A stretch of 64,000 nucleotides of DNA from Alphaproteobacteria bacterium (GCA_964291415.2 OZ219918.1:832001-896000), one strand, 5' to 3'; shown: positions 1 through 13,758, counted from the stretch's first letter. Notes: generated by a model from the sequence alone, not told the origin. Translations and numbers: made by a program.

Positions 1-60
1 AAGGGTGGTGAGTGGTTCGTGCAGCGTGTCCCGGATGTTCACGGTTGCGTGGCTTGCTGG

Positions 61-270
61 TCAGAGCGCCTTCCTTGTTCCCTCTTCATCTCGTCGGTGG
101 AGCCAGTCAGGGACCAGGGCCAATCCAGGTATGCTCGCGGACACCGCCCGCCTCGAAGGCGTGAATGTCCGACCCACGATCAGCGGGCCCACCGCCAGCA
201 TGAGACCGACAGTGATGGTGAGCAGCCCGGCAATCAAGACGACCGACAGACCCAGACTATCGGAGGCCAT
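61..270 (-). CDS. small hypothetical membrane protein
   Basis: 69-aa ORF with an N-terminal hydrophobic helix and GGGGAAAG upstream of the ATG; follows the HAD gene on the same strand. Confidence 0.4.
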   Translation of the reverse strand: MASDSLGLSVVLIAGLLTITVGLMLAVGPLIVGRTFTPSRRAVSASIPGLALVPDWLHRRDEEGTRKAL

Positions 271-284
271 CTTTCCCCGGCGCT

Positions 285-1058
285 TCAGGCGGTGCGGCGC
301 TGCAAGATCCAGTCGGCCGCCGCCGCCATGTCGTCGACAACGGCCGTCGGCGGTGGATCGACGGCGGTTTCGGCGCCATGGCGGTACTTTCCCGTTCTGA
401 CCAGGATGCCGTGACCGAGACCCGCGGCCAGTGCGCCGGCGACATCCATCTCGGCGTCGTCGCCGACCATCGCCGCATGGGCCGCCGGACAGCCCGCGCT
501 CCGTGTCGCAGCCGAGAAGAACGCCGCAGAGGGCTTGCCCAGGACAACTGCCCGGCGCCGCGTTGCGTATTCCAGGGCAGCGACGAATGCTCCGGCGTCG
601 AGGCTCAGTTCGCCATCTTCGTCCTCGAAGGTCCGGTTGGTGGCGAGCGCAAGGAAATCGGCGCCGCCGGCGAGCGCGCGGAACGCCGCATTCATCGTGT
701 CGTAGGTGAAGGCGCGACCCGCGTCGCCAACGATGACCGCAGCCCCCTTTTCCCCGCCGAGGCCGCGAAAATCGTCCTCCAGATCGGGATGGATCAGCAG
801 ATGGAGCGACAGGCCGCGGCCTTCGAGCCAGGCGCGGGCGGCCGCCGCAGGTGTGAGGAGTTCGTCCTCGTCGACAGCAAGCCCGAGGGACCGGACGCGT
901 TGGAGCAGCACGCGCCTCGAAGACCTCGTCGTGTTCGTCAGGAACCGCACCGGCAGGCCGGCCGCCCTGAGGCGCGCCACGGCATCCACCGCCCCCGGCA
1001 AGGCATGGTCGCCTTCATAGATCACGCCGGACAGATCAAGCAGGACGACGTCGATCAT
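285..1058 (-). CDS. HAD-superfamily hydrolase, subfamily IIA (LHPP-like)
   Basis: LLDLSGVIY motif I, LTNTT, GKPS, MVGDD..D, VRTGKY motifs. Confidence 0.9.
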   Translation of the reverse strand: MIDVVLLDLSGVIYEGDHALPGAVDAVARLRAAGLPVRFLTNTTRSSRRVLLQRVRSLGLAVDEDELLTPAAAARAWLEGRGLSLHLLIHPDLEDDFRGLGGEKGAAVIVGDAGRAFTYDTMNAAFRALAGGADFLALATNRTFEDEDGELSLDAGAFVAALEYATRRRAVVLGKPSAAFFSAATRSAGCPAAHAAMVGDDAEMDVAGALAAGLGHGILVRTGKYRHGAETAVDPPPTAVVDDMAAAADWILQRRTA

Positions 1059-1192
1059 GAATCGAGGATGCCAAGGCTTCCGGAGACAGTCAATTTGACA
1101 GGACGCGACGCTGAATCAGGCTGTTCCTGGCTGGTCTGTCGTCTGCCCGGGAGAGGAACGATGTGCGACGCGACCATGAGGGCATATCTGTG

Positions 1193-1397
1193 ATGCCTGG
1201 CCCGCTCGCCGTGCCGCTGCGGGCGGGTCTGCCGTTCAGCTTCGTCACTGGCGCTCTGGCCGATTCTCTTCGCCTTCGGCAACGCGGCAATTCTCAACAT
1301 GCTGCCGTCGCGCATCGTCCCGTTGATGACGAACTACCTGCTCTTGGCCATCCCGCTTTTCATCTTCATGGCCTGGGTCCGGCACGGCTCTGCTTGA
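1193..1397 (+). pseudogene. TRAP transporter large permease (DctM-like) N-terminal remnant
   Basis: GLPFSFVTGALA, then after a frameshift near 1262 ILFAFGNAAILNMLPSRIVPLMTNYLLLAIPLFIFMA; AIPLFIFMA is typical of DctM; truncated. Confidence 0.6.
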
Positions 1398-1434
1398 AGA
1401 TGGAGACCGACGACTGCGCCGCGATTCAAAAGGG

Positions 1435-2579
1435 TCAGGCCGACGCGATCTCGGCCATGGTCCTGATGAGCGGGGCGTAGAAGTCGGGATCGTAGGCGTC
1501 CTTGTCCTCCAGAACGCTGAAGTAGACGACGGCCGTGTCCGTGTCGGGGTTGGCGAGCGCGAACTGGCCGCCGTAGCCGCCGTGGCCGAGCCAGACCCCG
1601 TCAGTCATGGTCTGGCGGCTGTAGCGCATGAAGTCGCGTGGCTCGGCCATGGGCGGTCCCGGATCGCGCCTGGTGTCCTCGATGAAGGCGGCATCGCCCA
1701 CGCGACGGCCGTCGACACCCTCGCCGCCGCGCGCGAAGAGCAGGGTGAGGCGGGCGAGATCGCGCGCGGTGAGGCAGGCGCCACCGTCGATCAGCGCCAC
1801 GCCCTCGCGGTCGCAGGTGACGTGGTAGCAGCCTTCCAGGCCTGCGGCCTCGACGATCTCGATCAGCCATTCGCGGAGCGGCCTGCCGCTCGCCCGCTCG
1901 ATCAGCCAGGCCAGAGCGTCCGTGTTGGTCGACTTGTAGAGCATGGCGCCCGTGCGGTTCTCGAGATCGCCGCCGGTGACGGCGGCGACGAACTGCCGGA
2001 TGGTCTGCTCCTGCGTCCCTCCGGCGGCAGGCGCCAGCCCATGGCGGATTCCATGGCGAAACTTCCGGTGTGGGGGTCGGTATAGTCTTCCGCGTAATCG
2101 TTGGCGACGTTCATGTCGGCGGTGTCCCGCACGCTCGCCCCTGCATAGCCGCTGCCCAGCTCCGGCAGATAGCTTCCCATCGTGCGAGACATGTCGACCA
2201 GTCCGTCTGCGACCGCGCGGCCCAGCATGAGGTTGACGGCCATCTTCGTGATTGACTGGATCGAATGGGGACGGTCCGGCCCGAAGTCGGGCGCATAGGC
2301 CTCGTAGATCACGTGCTCGCCGCGCACGACAACGAAGGCGGAGAAGTGCGGCGCCTCGAGAATCTCTGCGACGCCGGGATGGCGGCGTATGGTCCAGTCG
2401 ATGCGCTTGTAGAGTGGCAGAACGCAAGGCGAGCGGAACGACAGGGCGTAGCGCGTGTGGGTGTGGAGACCGTGGAAGCCCCGCCTGCGCGTGTCGGGCT
2501 GGTTCCAGCGCGCCTTGTTGTCGCGCCCGGTGACGAGATCCGGATTGGGAATGCCCTGGATGGTCATGTCCGTGTCCAT
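1435..2579 (-). pseudogene. serine hydrolase, beta-lactamase/NylB-like family, single frameshift
   Basis: N-half (SITK SxxK motif, YLPEL) in frame 1902..2591; C-half (YKSTNT, GHGGYGGQ) in frame 1435..2766; one extra base in the CCC run at 2017-2019 joins them. Confidence 0.75.
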
Positions 2580-2955
2580 TCCTCCGCCCATTCTGCATCC
2601 ACCATGCCAGATGCCGATGCCGGAGACCAGCGTGCGAGGCGGCGTTAAGCGATCGGCATGAGCGGCTGGATCGAAACGACTGCCAGCGAACGGCGTCGCT
2701 CAACTTCGCCAGACATGCCACATTGGTCAGGCAAACAGGATTGCGTGGATACCTGTGGCTGAACATTCAAGACAGGGATTGTCTGGTAGCCCGAACCGAG
2801 GTTGGCGGCAACATCCGGCTCGATGGTCACGCGATGCCGGCTGTCGTTCGCGGTGCTTGGCAACGCTCAGGCTCCTGATGTCCTTGCCCTGCACAGGCGG
2901 TCGGTCCCGCGGTCTCGGTCGACGCTATGATGGGCCAGCAAGGGAGGGTCTCGCG

Positions 2956-4005
2956 ATGGCGGGCGACATTCATCCTGACATGAACCATCTGCTCAGGGCC
3001 CGCGACGCCGCCGGCGCCAAGGGAGAGAGCGCCGAGGAACAGCGTCCCTTCGCTTCTGGACGTCCTACACCCGCGCGCTCAACGAGCGGCATCCCGACGA
3101 CATGGATGTGTGGGACGAGCGGGTCGAGACCCCGGAGCACGACTGGTACACCTCGTCAGGGCCCGCGACGCCGCCGGCGCCAAGGGAGAGAGCCCTCACT
3201 GACGACTTCGAGACCCCGGAGCACGCGGTCCCCGTCAGAATCTATCGACCCTCGTCAGAATCTATCGCGGCTGGCAGCGCGGCCGGCTCCCGCCATTGTC
3301 TACCTTCACGGTGGCGGATTCATGCTGGGCGACCTCGACAGTTCCGATACCATCGCCTGGGGTTTCGCCCAGGAAACCGGCGCGCTCGTGGTCTCGGTGG
3401 ACTACCGGCTCACGCCCGAGCATCCGTATCCGGCCGCCGTGAACGACAGCTGGAACACCCTGCTCTGGCTGCAGGCCGAAGCGGGGCGTCTGGGGATCGA
3501 TCCCCGGCGCATTGCCGTCGCCGGAGACAGCGCAGGCGGCAACCTGGGCGCCGTGATGGCGCTCAAGGCACGCGACACCGGTGCCGTCACGCTCGCCGGT
3601 GTCGCCATCATCTATCCAGCGACGGGTCTCGATCAGGACGCGCCAAGCTATCTGGAGCACGCCGACGGACCAGGCCTGACGCGCGACGGCACCATCAAGT
3701 ACCGCGATCTCTATCTCGCCGGGAACCACGACACCGATGACGCCTATGCGCGGCCGATCATGGCCGAAAGCCTCGCCGGTCTCGCCCCCTTCTGGGTCCA
3801 TTCCGCCGAGATCGATCCCATCCGCGACGATGGCCGTCTGTTCGCCGCCAGGATGGCGCGGGATGGCGGCGATGTGACCTACCGCGAGGCGCGCGGCATG
3901 ATCCATGGCTTCATGCGCGCCCGCATGCGGGGCGAGGCCGCACGTCGCGAATACGCGCTCATCTGTCGCTTCCTGCGCCATTGCCTCGGATGTGGCGACC
4001 ACTGA
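2956..4005 (+). CDS. alpha/beta hydrolase (HSL/Aes-type esterase) with internally scrambled N-terminal region
   Basis: HGGGF, GDSAGG, DPIRDD, HGF motifs; RBS GGAGG; 3046-3280 disturbed by duplications. Confidence 0.75.
   Translation: MAGDIHPDMNHLLRARDAAGAKGESAEEQRPFASGRPTPARSTSGIPTTWMCGTSGSRPRSTTGTPRQGPRRRRRQGREPSLTTSRPRSTRSPSESIDPRQNLSRLAARPAPAIVYLHGGGFMLGDLDSSDTIAWGFAQETGALVVSVDYRLTPEHPYPAAVNDSWNTLLWLQAEAGRLGIDPRRIAVAGDSAGGNLGAVMALKARDTGAVTLAGVAIIYPATGLDQDAPSYLEHADGPGLTRDGTIKYRDLYLAGNHDTDDAYARPIMAESLAGLAPFWVHSAEIDPIRDDGRLFAARMARDGGDVTYREARGMIHGFMRARMRGEAARREYALICRFLRHCLGCGDH
2993..3267 (+). repeat. cluster of short exact direct duplications
   Basis: 38 bp 2993-3030 = 3156-3193; 18 bp 3124-3141 = 3208-3225; 15 bp 3233-3247 = 3253-3267. 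Confidence 0.9.
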
Positions 4006-4358
4006 TCCGATGTGGCGGGAGGTGTTCCGGAAGACGTTCTCTCAAGCCGCAGCGCCGGGATGCCTGCCACCAGACCATTGAGCAACGCGCCGGATGGGCC
4101 GCGGAACCCGCCAGGCCGGAACAGTCGATCAATGCCGATCAGGAAATCGGGCGTGACGTCCTTGAGACAGGAAGGGACCGGAGGGCATCCAGAACCAGGC
4201 GCGTTCCGCGTTCATGAGGCTTGTGTGCAGCGTATCGTGTCCGGGGGTCGAACTGTGAACTGAACGTTCGCGGGCACAAGCCGCAATTCGCGGGGAACAA
4301 GCGGCGCCCGGGTCGAAGGGGTCACCGATTGCAGGGATGGTGTCCTTGACTGGCGGGA

Positions 4359-5633
4359 TCACAGGGGCTCAAGGCCGCACCAGTCGGCGATGAAGCGGGC
4401 GATTGCGCGGGTGACCTGGCGGCACGAGTCGAGACTGACCCTCTCGTCGAAGCCGTGAATGTTCTCGGCAAGAGGGCCGTAGACCAGTGCAGGGATGCCG
4501 GCGTAGAGACCGAAGAAACGGGCGTCGGTGGTGCCGGTGAGAGAACGTGTTTCAAGGTCTTTGCCGAAGACCTGCCTGTGGCTTTCGGCAAGCACGGCCT
4601 CGGCATCGCTTCCCTCTTCGAGAACGTACCCTTCCGCCTGGAATCCGTCCCACACGACCTCCGGGGGATTGTTGGCAAGAAATGCGTCGTCGCGGGCGGC
4701 CCGTGCGATGCAGTCCTCGACTTCGTCGCGGGCCCGAGCGAGATCGGTTCCGGGAAACACGCCCACTCTCATGTCGAAGCGGCACCATGCCGGGACGCTC
4801 GACGCCCAGTCTCCGCCCTCGATGCGGCCGACATTGAAATTGAGCGGGTGGGTCATGCCGGCATAGCGTTCGTGACCGGCAGCGTTCCACTTTTCCTCGA
4901 GCGCGTGGAGGGCGCCAACCAGCCGCCAGGCGGCCTCGATGGCATTGGCGCCGCTTCCGGCATAGGCAACATGAACGGGATGCCCGCGCACGTGGCACTG
5001 GAACCACATGACGCCGACCTGGGATCTCAGCAGGCCATGGCCCAGGGGTTCGGGGATGAGTGCGGCATCGGCGTGGTAGCCGCGCTGGCGACAGGCAAGC
5101 GCCCCGTTGCCCGTACTCTCCTCCTCGATCACGGCCTCGATGGTGACATCCGATGCCGGGCGAAAACCGGCACGCCTGATGGCATCGAGGGCGAAGAGTC
5201 CGCAGACCCAGCCCGCCTTCATGTCGCCGGCGCCACGGCCGTGCATCCAGCCATCCTTCACCACGGGCTCGAAGGGAGGTGTCGACCACATGTCGTGCGG
5301 CCCTTCGGGCACGACATCGATGTGGCCGTTGATGATCAGGGAGCGTCCACCGGGGGCGGGTCTGCGCATCGTGCCGACGCTGACCCAGGCGTCGTCGTAT
5401 CCGTCCAGTTTCGGCGAATATCCCGGCAGGTTGCGAATGTCCTCGTTTCTGATCTGCCAGCGGTCGACGGCAAATCCCCGTGCCGCCAGGGCGCGGGCGA
5501 TGAAATCCTGGGCGGTCGCCTCCCGTCCCCTCACGGAGGGCAGACGGACGAGGTCGCCGGTGAAGGCGACCTGTTCGTCAAAGCCCGCCTCGACGGCCGC
5601 ATCGAGCCGCGTTCCCGTATCGTTGTCGATCAT
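4359..5633 (-). CDS. M20 family ArgE/DapE-like deacylase
   Basis: [32 protein letters not shown]; ATGA overlap with glpK stop. Confidence 0.9.
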   Translation of the reverse strand: MIDNDTGTRLDAAVEAGFDEQVAFTGDLVRLPSVRGREATAQDFIARALAARGFAVDRWQIRNEDIRNLPGYSPKLDGYDDAWVSVGTMRRPAPGGRSLIINGHIDVVPEGPHDMWSTPPFEPVVKDGWMHGRGAGDMKAGWVCGLFALDAIRRAGFRPASDVTIEAVIEEESTGNGALACRQRGYHADAALIPEPLGHGLLRSQVGVMWFQCHVRGHPVHVAYAGSGANAIEAAWRLVGALHALEEKWNAAGHERYAGMTHPLNFNVGRIEGGDWASSVPAWCRFDMRVGVFPGTDLARARDEVEDCIARAARDDAFLANNPPEVVWDGFQAEGYVLEEGSDAEAVLAESHRQVFGKDLETRSLTGTTDARFFGLYAGIPALVYGPLAENIHGFDERVSLDSCRQVTRAIARFIADWCGLEPL

Positions 5634-7123
5634 GTGCTTTCTCCCGGCCTCTCCACGAGTGTGCGTCGCACCGCATCCTGCCAGCCCCGGTAGAGCCTGT
5701 CGGCCTCGGCGCGTTCCATGGCCGGCATGAAACGCCTGTCGCCCTGCCAGGAGTTGGCGAAGTTCTCCATGTCCGGCCATACGCCGGCCTGGTGTCCGGC
5801 AAGCCAGGCGACGCCGAGCGCGGTCGCCTCGACGTTCGCCATCCGGTCGACCGGCATGGCGAGGATGTCGGCAAGAAACTGCATGGCGATGTCGTTGGCG
5901 CTCATGCCGCCATCGACCCGCACGATTGCTTTGTCGCCAACGGATGTCTGGTCATCAAGCATGGCGCCGAGGAGATCGCGCACCTGGTAGGCGAGACTCT
6001 CGAGAGCGGCGCGCACCAGTTCGGCCCTGCCGCTCGCCCGGGTCAGTCCATGGATGGCGCCGCGGCATTCGGCATCCCACCAGGGCGCGCCGAGACCGGT
6101 GAAGGCCGGTACCAGGTAGGGCGTGTGAAGCGGATCGGCAGCATCGGCGAGTGCCGGGGTCTCACCGGCATCGGCGATGATGCCGAGGCCGTCGCGCAGC
6201 CATTGGACGACCGTACCGGCGTTGAAGATCGATCCTTCAAGCGCGAAGCAGCGTTCGCCGGCGAGCTGCCAGGCGACCGTCGTCAACAGCCGCCTCTGCG
6301 AGATCACCGGCTCGCTGCCGATGTTGAGAAGGGCAAAGCAGCCGGTCCCGCAGGTCACCTTCATCATCCCCGGCCGGAAGCAGGCCTGACCGATGGAAGC
6401 CGCCTGCTGGTCGCCGGCCACCCCGCGAATGGGGATGTTGCCGATCACCGAGGTGCCATAGTCGCCGGCGCAGTCCCGCACGTCGGCCAGCATGGATTCC
6501 GGCACCCCGAGAAGGCGGCAGAGATCGTCGTCCCAGCGCCCTTCGCGGATGTTGTAGAGCATGGTGCGCGAGGCATTGGTGGCGTCGGTGGCGTGGACCT
6601 CGCCGCCGGTCAGGTGCCACAGCAGGAAACTGTCGATGGTGCCGGCCAGGAGTTCGCCGCGCCCGGCGCGTTCCCTGGCGCCTTCGACGTGATCCAGAAT
6701 CCAGGCGATCTTGGTGCCCGAGAAATAGGGATCCGGCAGCAGGCCCGTGCGCTCGGCAATCATCGTGGCGTGACCTTCGGCGGCAAGGCGGCGGCACAGG
6801 CCGGAGGTTCTGCGGTCCTGCCAGACAATCGCCGGGGCGACCGGTCGGCCGGTGGCGCGATCCCAGACGACCACGGTCTCCCGCTGGTTGGTGATGCCCA
6901 TGGCGGCGATGGACGTGGAGGCGGCTCCGGACTCGGCCAGCACCGTGCGCAGGACCTCGATGCTGGTTGCGAGGATGTCGTCGGGATCCTGTTCAACCCA
7001 GCCGGGCTGCGGAAAGCATGACCTGGTCTCCGCACTTGCCTGGCACACGCCGCGCCGGTCGCCGTCGTGAAGAATGGCGCGACTCGATGTCGTGCTCTGG
7101 TCGAGTGCAACAATGAATGTCAC
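5630..7123 (-). CDS. glpK: glycerol kinase
   Basis: [39 protein letters not shown] motifs; GTG start. Confidence 0.9.
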   Translation of the reverse strand: MTFIVALDQSTTSSRAILHDGDRRGVCQASAETRSCFPQPGWVEQDPDDILATSIEVLRTVLAESGAASTSIAAMGITNQRETVVVWDRATGRPVAPAIVWQDRRTSGLCRRLAAEGHATMIAERTGLLPDPYFSGTKIAWILDHVEGARERAGRGELLAGTIDSFLLWHLTGGEVHATDATNASRTMLYNIREGRWDDDLCRLLGVPESMLADVRDCAGDYGTSVIGNIPIRGVAGDQQAASIGQACFRPGMMKVTCGTGCFALLNIGSEPVISQRRLLTTVAWQLAGERCFALEGSIFNAGTVVQWLRDGLGIIADAGETPALADAADPLHTPYLVPAFTGLGAPWWDAECRGAIHGLTRASGRAELVRAALESLAYQVRDLLGAMLDDQTSVGDKAIVRVDGGMSANDIAMQFLADILAMPVDRMANVEATALGVAWLAGHQAGVWPDMENFANSWQGDRRFMPAMERAEADRLYRGWQDAVRRTLVERPGEST

Positions 7124-7205
7124 CCTTGCATGCCCCCCGCCATCTTCCGGGATGCTATCCCGGCCGACGGCACCCCGCCAATGAACATCCGGAGGCAAGA
7201 GGCCC

Positions 7206-9272
7206 ATGAGTCGTGATCCGCAGTACGACATCCTGTTCGAACCGGTGGCCATAGGACCGGTCACGGCACGCAATCGGTTCTATCAGGTGCCGCACTGCAA
7301 CGGCATGGGAACCCACTATCCCAGCGCCATGGCGGCCATGCGCGGCATGAAGGCCGAGGGCGGCTGGGCGGTGGTCTCCACGGAGGAGTGCGACTTCCAT
7401 CACACCGGAGACATCACGCCGGCCATCGAAGCCCGCCTGTGGACCCGCCAGGACATTCCGATCATGGCAAGAATGGTCGAAAGCGTGAAACGCCACGGTG
7501 CGCTGGCGGCATGTGAACTGGTCTATGGCGGCATGGCCGGTCACAATCGCCTGTCGCGCGAGGTGGCGATGGCGCCGGTTGCCATTCCCCTGCAGGACGG
7601 TGATCCGGGCCAGGCGCGAGCCATGGATCATTCCGACATCGCCCGGTTCCGCCATTGGCACCGTCAGGCCGTTCTCCGGGCAAGGGAAGCCGGTTTCGAC
7701 ATCGTCTATGTCTACGCCGGGCACAACCTGTGCCTGCTGCAGCACTTCCTGTCGCGCCGCTACAACACGCGGACCGACGAGTACGGTGGATCGATCGAAA
7801 ACCGGGTACGCCTGATTCGCGAGGTTCTCGAGGACACGAAGGAGGCGGTCGGCGATACCATGGGCGTTGCCCTGCGCCTGGCGGTCGATGAACTGGAAGG
7901 CGATGAAGGCATCACGTCGCAGGGTGACGGCCGCGCCGCGGTGGAGTTGCTGGCCGATCTGCCGGATCTCTGGGATGTCAACCTCAGCGAATGGGAAAAC
8001 GACAGCCAGACGGCCCGCTTTGCCGAAGAGGGGTTCCAGGAGGACCATACGTCCTGGGTCAAGCAGGTGACGGGCAAGCCGGTGGTTACGGTGGGCCGCT
8101 ACACGTCTGTCGACCGCATGGCGAGCCTGGTCAGGCGCGGCCTCACGGATTTCATCGGTGCCGCCCGGCCATCGATCGCCGATCCCTTCCTTCCGAGAAA
8201 GATCGAAGAGGGGCGCATCGACGACATCCGCGAATGCATCGGCTGCAACATCTGTGTTTCGGCGGACTTCATGTCCATGCCCATGCGCTGCACCCAGAAC
8301 CCGACCACGGGCGAGGAGTGGCGTCGCGGCTGGCACCCTGAAGAAGCCGCCCCCCGGGGCAGCGATTCAAGCGTTCTCGTGGTCGGTGGCGGGCCCGCCG
8401 GTCTCGAGGCGGCCCGAACGCTCGGGGAACGCGGCTACAAGGTGACGCTGGCCGAGGCCGGTGACGAACTTGGAGGCCACCTGAGGACGCTGACGCGGCT
8501 TCCGGGGCTTTCCAGCTGGATGAGGGTGCGCGACTGGAGAGTCGGCCAGCTGCACAAGCTCGCCAACGTCGACATCTACCCGGGAAGCGAACTCTCCGGC
8601 GACGACATCGAGGGGTTCGGTTTCGACCATGTCGCCATCGCCACCGGTTCGCTCTGGCGCCGGGACGGCGTGGGCCGTTCGCATCGTCGGCCGATCGATG
8701 GAGCGGGATCCGCCGGTGTGCTGTCCCCCGACGACGTCATGGCGGGTGTCGACCTCGCCGATCCGGTGGTCATCTTCGATGACGACCATTACTTCATGGC
8801 CGGCGTGCTCGCCGAGGTTGCCGTCTCTCAAGGTCGAAGGACGATCTACGTCACACCATCGGCCGACGTCGCTTCCTGGACCCATTTCACCATGGAGCAG
8901 GGACGGATCCAGGCGCGCCTCCTCTCGCTCGGCGTCGAACTCGTCCCGGGCCACGACCTGGCCGCCATCGGGAACGGAACGGTTGATGTCGCCTGTGTCT
9001 ACACCGGTCGCCGGCGTCAACTGGAGAGCGGATCGGTCGTTCTCGTCACCATGCGCGATCCGAAGGACGAGCTCGTGATCGCGCTCGCCGACGCCCCTCG
9101 GGAGGGTGTCGTCAGAAGTGTGACCGCCATCGGTGACTGCCTGGCGCCGGGACTTCTTGCAGCGGCCGTCTACAGCGGACACCGCTATGCCCGGGAACTC
9201 GACACGGACGTGCCTGTCGATTCGCCGCCGTTTCGCAGGGAAGTGGTGGAACTGTCCGGCGACTGGCCCTGA
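7206..9272 (+). CDS. trimethylamine/histamine dehydrogenase-family flavoprotein (FMN, 4Fe-4S)
   Basis: [32 protein letters not shown]...C, GGGPAG. Confidence 0.85.
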   Translation: MSRDPQYDILFEPVAIGPVTARNRFYQVPHCNGMGTHYPSAMAAMRGMKAEGGWAVVSTEECDFHHTGDITPAIEARLWTRQDIPIMARMVESVKRHGALAACELVYGGMAGHNRLSREVAMAPVAIPLQDGDPGQARAMDHSDIARFRHWHRQAVLRAREAGFDIVYVYAGHNLCLLQHFLSRRYNTRTDEYGGSIENRVRLIREVLEDTKEAVGDTMGVALRLAVDELEGDEGITSQGDGRAAVELLADLPDLWDVNLSEWENDSQTARFAEEGFQEDHTSWVKQVTGKPVVTVGRYTSVDRMASLVRRGLTDFIGAARPSIADPFLPRKIEEGRIDDIRECIGCNICVSADFMSMPMRCTQNPTTGEEWRRGWHPEEAAPRGSDSSVLVVGGGPAGLEAARTLGERGYKVTLAEAGDELGGHLRTLTRLPGLSSWMRVRDWRVGQLHKLANVDIYPGSELSGDDIEGFGFDHVAIATGSLWRRDGVGRSHRRPIDGAGSAGVLSPDDVMAGVDLADPVVIFDDDHYFMAGVLAEVAVSQGRRTIYVTPSADVASWTHFTMEQGRIQARLLSLGVELVPGHDLAAIGNGTVDVACVYTGRRRQLESGSVVLVTMRDPKDELVIALADAPREGVVRSVTAIGDCLAPGLLAAAVYSGHRYARELDTDVPVDSPPFRREVVELSGDWP

Positions 9273-9333
9273 TTCCTTGCGGTGGCCCGATCAAGCCACT
9301 ATCCATTCCGACTTGTCCCTCCCGGGTGCGCCG

Positions 9334-10487
9334 ATGGATTTTGCCCTTTCGCAAGAGCAGTCGATGATCGTCGACACGGTGCGCCGTTTTGTCGCCGAGG
9401 AACTCGTTCCCCACGAGGACGAGGTCGAACGCACCGACGACGTGCCGGCGGCCCTCATCCGGCAGATTCGCCAGCGGGCCATCGACAAGGGGCTCTATGC
9501 CATCAACATGCCGGCGGAACTCGGTGGCGGCGGACTCGATGCCCTTGCCGTGTCGCTGTGCGAGATCGAACTCGGTCACACGGCCTTTGCCCTGCAGTAT
9601 GCGGTGGCCCGTCCATCCAATATCCTGCGCGCCTGCACGGGCTGGCAGGTCTCCCGCTACCTGCTTCCGACCATTCGCGGCGAGCGTGTCGAGTGCCTGG
9701 CCATGACCGAACCCGGCGCCGGTTCCGACCTGCGCTCCATGACCACGCGGGCACGGCGCCAGGGAGAGGACTTCATCATCAATGGTACCAAGCATTTCAT
9801 CAGCTATGCGGATGTGGCCGACTATGTGGTGCTGTTCGCCAGGACGGGCGATGAAGGGGGCATCACCAGTTTTCTCGTCGACAAGGACACTCCCGGTTTC
9901 GAGGTGCGCCCCGGGGGCGAGAGCGTCTCGCACAGAGGCTTCCACCACGCCGAACTGGTGTTCACGGACTGTCGGGTTCACCAGCGGCACATCCTCGGGG
10001 AGGAACACCGGGGATTCGACGTGGCGCGCGAGTGGCTGGGCGCCACCAGGCTCACTGTCGCGGCGCAGTGCGTCGGCCGGGCCCGGCGGGTGCTCTCCAT
10101 GGCTGCCGGGTGGGCCGGTACGAGACGCCAGTTTGGCCGCACCATCGGCAGGTTCCAGGGAACCTCGTTCAAGCTTGCCGACATGCTGACCGAAATCGAG
10201 GCGGCGGAACTCCTGGTTCTGCGGGCAGCGGACCGGGAAGGGCGCGGTTGTGCCACCGACCGTGACTTCGCCATGGCGAAACTCTACGCCAGTGAAATGC
10301 TGGGCCGGGTGACGGACCACGCGGTGCAGATCTTTGGCGGCATGGGTCTCATGAAGGAGTTCGCTGTGGAGCGATTCTGGCGTGATGCCCGCATCGAGCG
10401 AATCTGGGATGGCACCAGCGAGATCCAGCGTCATATTCTCTCGCGCTCGCTGCTTCGCGAGCATGAAACATCACAAGGAGCAGGGTA

Positions 10488-10488
<1 letters not shown>
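9334..10488 (+). CDS. acyl-CoA dehydrogenase
   Basis: AMTEPGAGSD, INGTKHFI, QFGRTIG, RIWDGTSEIQR. Confidence 0.92.
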
Positions 10489-12495
<2,007 letters not shown>

Positions 12496-12496
12496 C

Positions 12497-12654
12497 CGGT
12501 CCCTGTGCCTGCATCACCTTCACCACCTCAAAGGCCTGCGGTAGGCTGGTAATCGTCACAGCTTGCTGTGGCATCGGGGTGCTCCTTCTTGCGGTTGTCG
12601 TGAACCACACGGAGTACCCCACTCCTACCTGACACATAAATGCCTACGTCACCC
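12497..12654 (-). mobile_element. probable IS256-family left-end remnant
   Basis: minus strand GGGTGACGTAGGCATTTATGTGTCAGG (IR-like), AAGGAG RBS, ATG at 12574 giving MPQQAVTITSLPQAFEVVKVMQAQG, resembling a transposase N-terminus from recall. Confidence 0.5.
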
Positions 12655-12722
12655 AGGGATCCCGACGCTTTCCTGACGTGTCGCATGACTGTAGGATCGG
12701 GGCACTCGATGGAGGGTGACGC

Positions 12723-13718
12723 ATGCTGATCAGGGTACCGCGCAGGTGGGAGATTGCGGAGAACCAGGTGACATCCGAAAGCCATTGGCTCGACCGTCGC
12801 CGCCTTGTGAAGGCCATTGCCGCCGGACCGGTGCTGGCGGCAGGATGGCCCGCCGTCGCTCCGGCAGCTTCCGATGTGGTGGAGCTGGCCCGCGAGCAGG
12901 CTTCAGGTGATCCCACCAGTGATCTCTATCCCGCGGTCGCCAATCCGGCCTTTGTCGATGCCGGGCGAGAGGTGACGGTGGAGGAGGAGAATCTCACCTA
13001 CAACAACTTCTATGAGTTCGGCAGTTTCAAGCAGATCTGGCAACGCGCCGCGGACCTCCCCCGCCGCCCCTGGTCGGTCACCATCGACGGCCTTGTCGAG
13101 GAACCCCGGACCATCGACATCGACACCCTGATCCGCTCGTTCAGCCTCGAGGAGAGGATTTACCGGCATCGCTGCGTGGAAGCGTGGTCCATGGTCGTGC
13201 CTTGGACGGGCTTCACCCTGCGCGATTTCGTCGAATTCGCCCGGCCACTCGGTTCGGCACGCTATGTCGTCATGCAGACCTTCCATGATCCCGATGTGGC
13301 TCCCGGCCAGGCGGGTTCGTGGTATCCCTGGCCCTACACGGAAGGTGTCACCATCGAGGAAGCAACCAACGACCTCGCCTTCATGGTGACCGGTGCCTAC
13401 GGGCAGCCCATGGCCAATCAGTTCGGCGTGCCACTGCGCCTCCACCTTCCCTGGAAGTACGGGTTCAAGTCCGTCAAGTCCATCGTCAGGGTGTCGTTCA
13501 CCGAGGAACGGCCGCTGACATTCTGGGAAGAGGTGGCGGGGAACGAGTACGGGTTCTGGGCCAATGTCAATCCCGAAGTGCCGCACCGGCGCTGGAGCCA
13601 GGCCATGGAACGCGTCCTCGGTACCGGAGACACCGTTCCCACCGAGATCTACAACGGCTATGGCGCCGAGGTGGCGTCTCTCTATGCCGGCCTGGAGGAC
13701 GAACCCCTCTTCATGTAG
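12723..13718 (+). CDS. msrP: protein-methionine-sulfoxide reductase catalytic subunit (Tat-exported molybdoenzyme)
   Basis: DRRR Tat-like signal, YNNFYEFG, RHRCVEAWSMV, PWKYGFKS, YGFWANVNP. Confidence 0.93.
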   Translation: MLIRVPRRWEIAENQVTSESHWLDRRRLVKAIAAGPVLAAGWPAVAPAASDVVELAREQASGDPTSDLYPAVANPAFVDAGREVTVEEENLTYNNFYEFGSFKQIWQRAADLPRRPWSVTIDGLVEEPRTIDIDTLIRSFSLEERIYRHRCVEAWSMVVPWTGFTLRDFVEFARPLGSARYVVMQTFHDPDVAPGQAGSWYPWPYTEGVTIEEATNDLAFMVTGAYGQPMANQFGVPLRLHLPWKYGFKSVKSIVRVSFTEERPLTFWEEVAGNEYGFWANVNPEVPHRRWSQAMERVLGTGDTVPTEIYNGYGAEVASLYAGLEDEPLFM

Positions 13719-13758
13719 CCGGTTCCATGAGCGGGCGTGTCCCGCCGGAATCAGTGGC

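Noticed and set aside
2993-3267. Repeats as a CRISPR array or DGR template
   Set aside because: The repeats differ from each other, are copies of coding sequence, lack regular spacing and show no A-specific mismatches; no cas or RT gene
4030-4150. Minus-strand GALLNGLVAGIPALRL resembling a LivM permease fragment
   Set aside because: Too short to support as a feature
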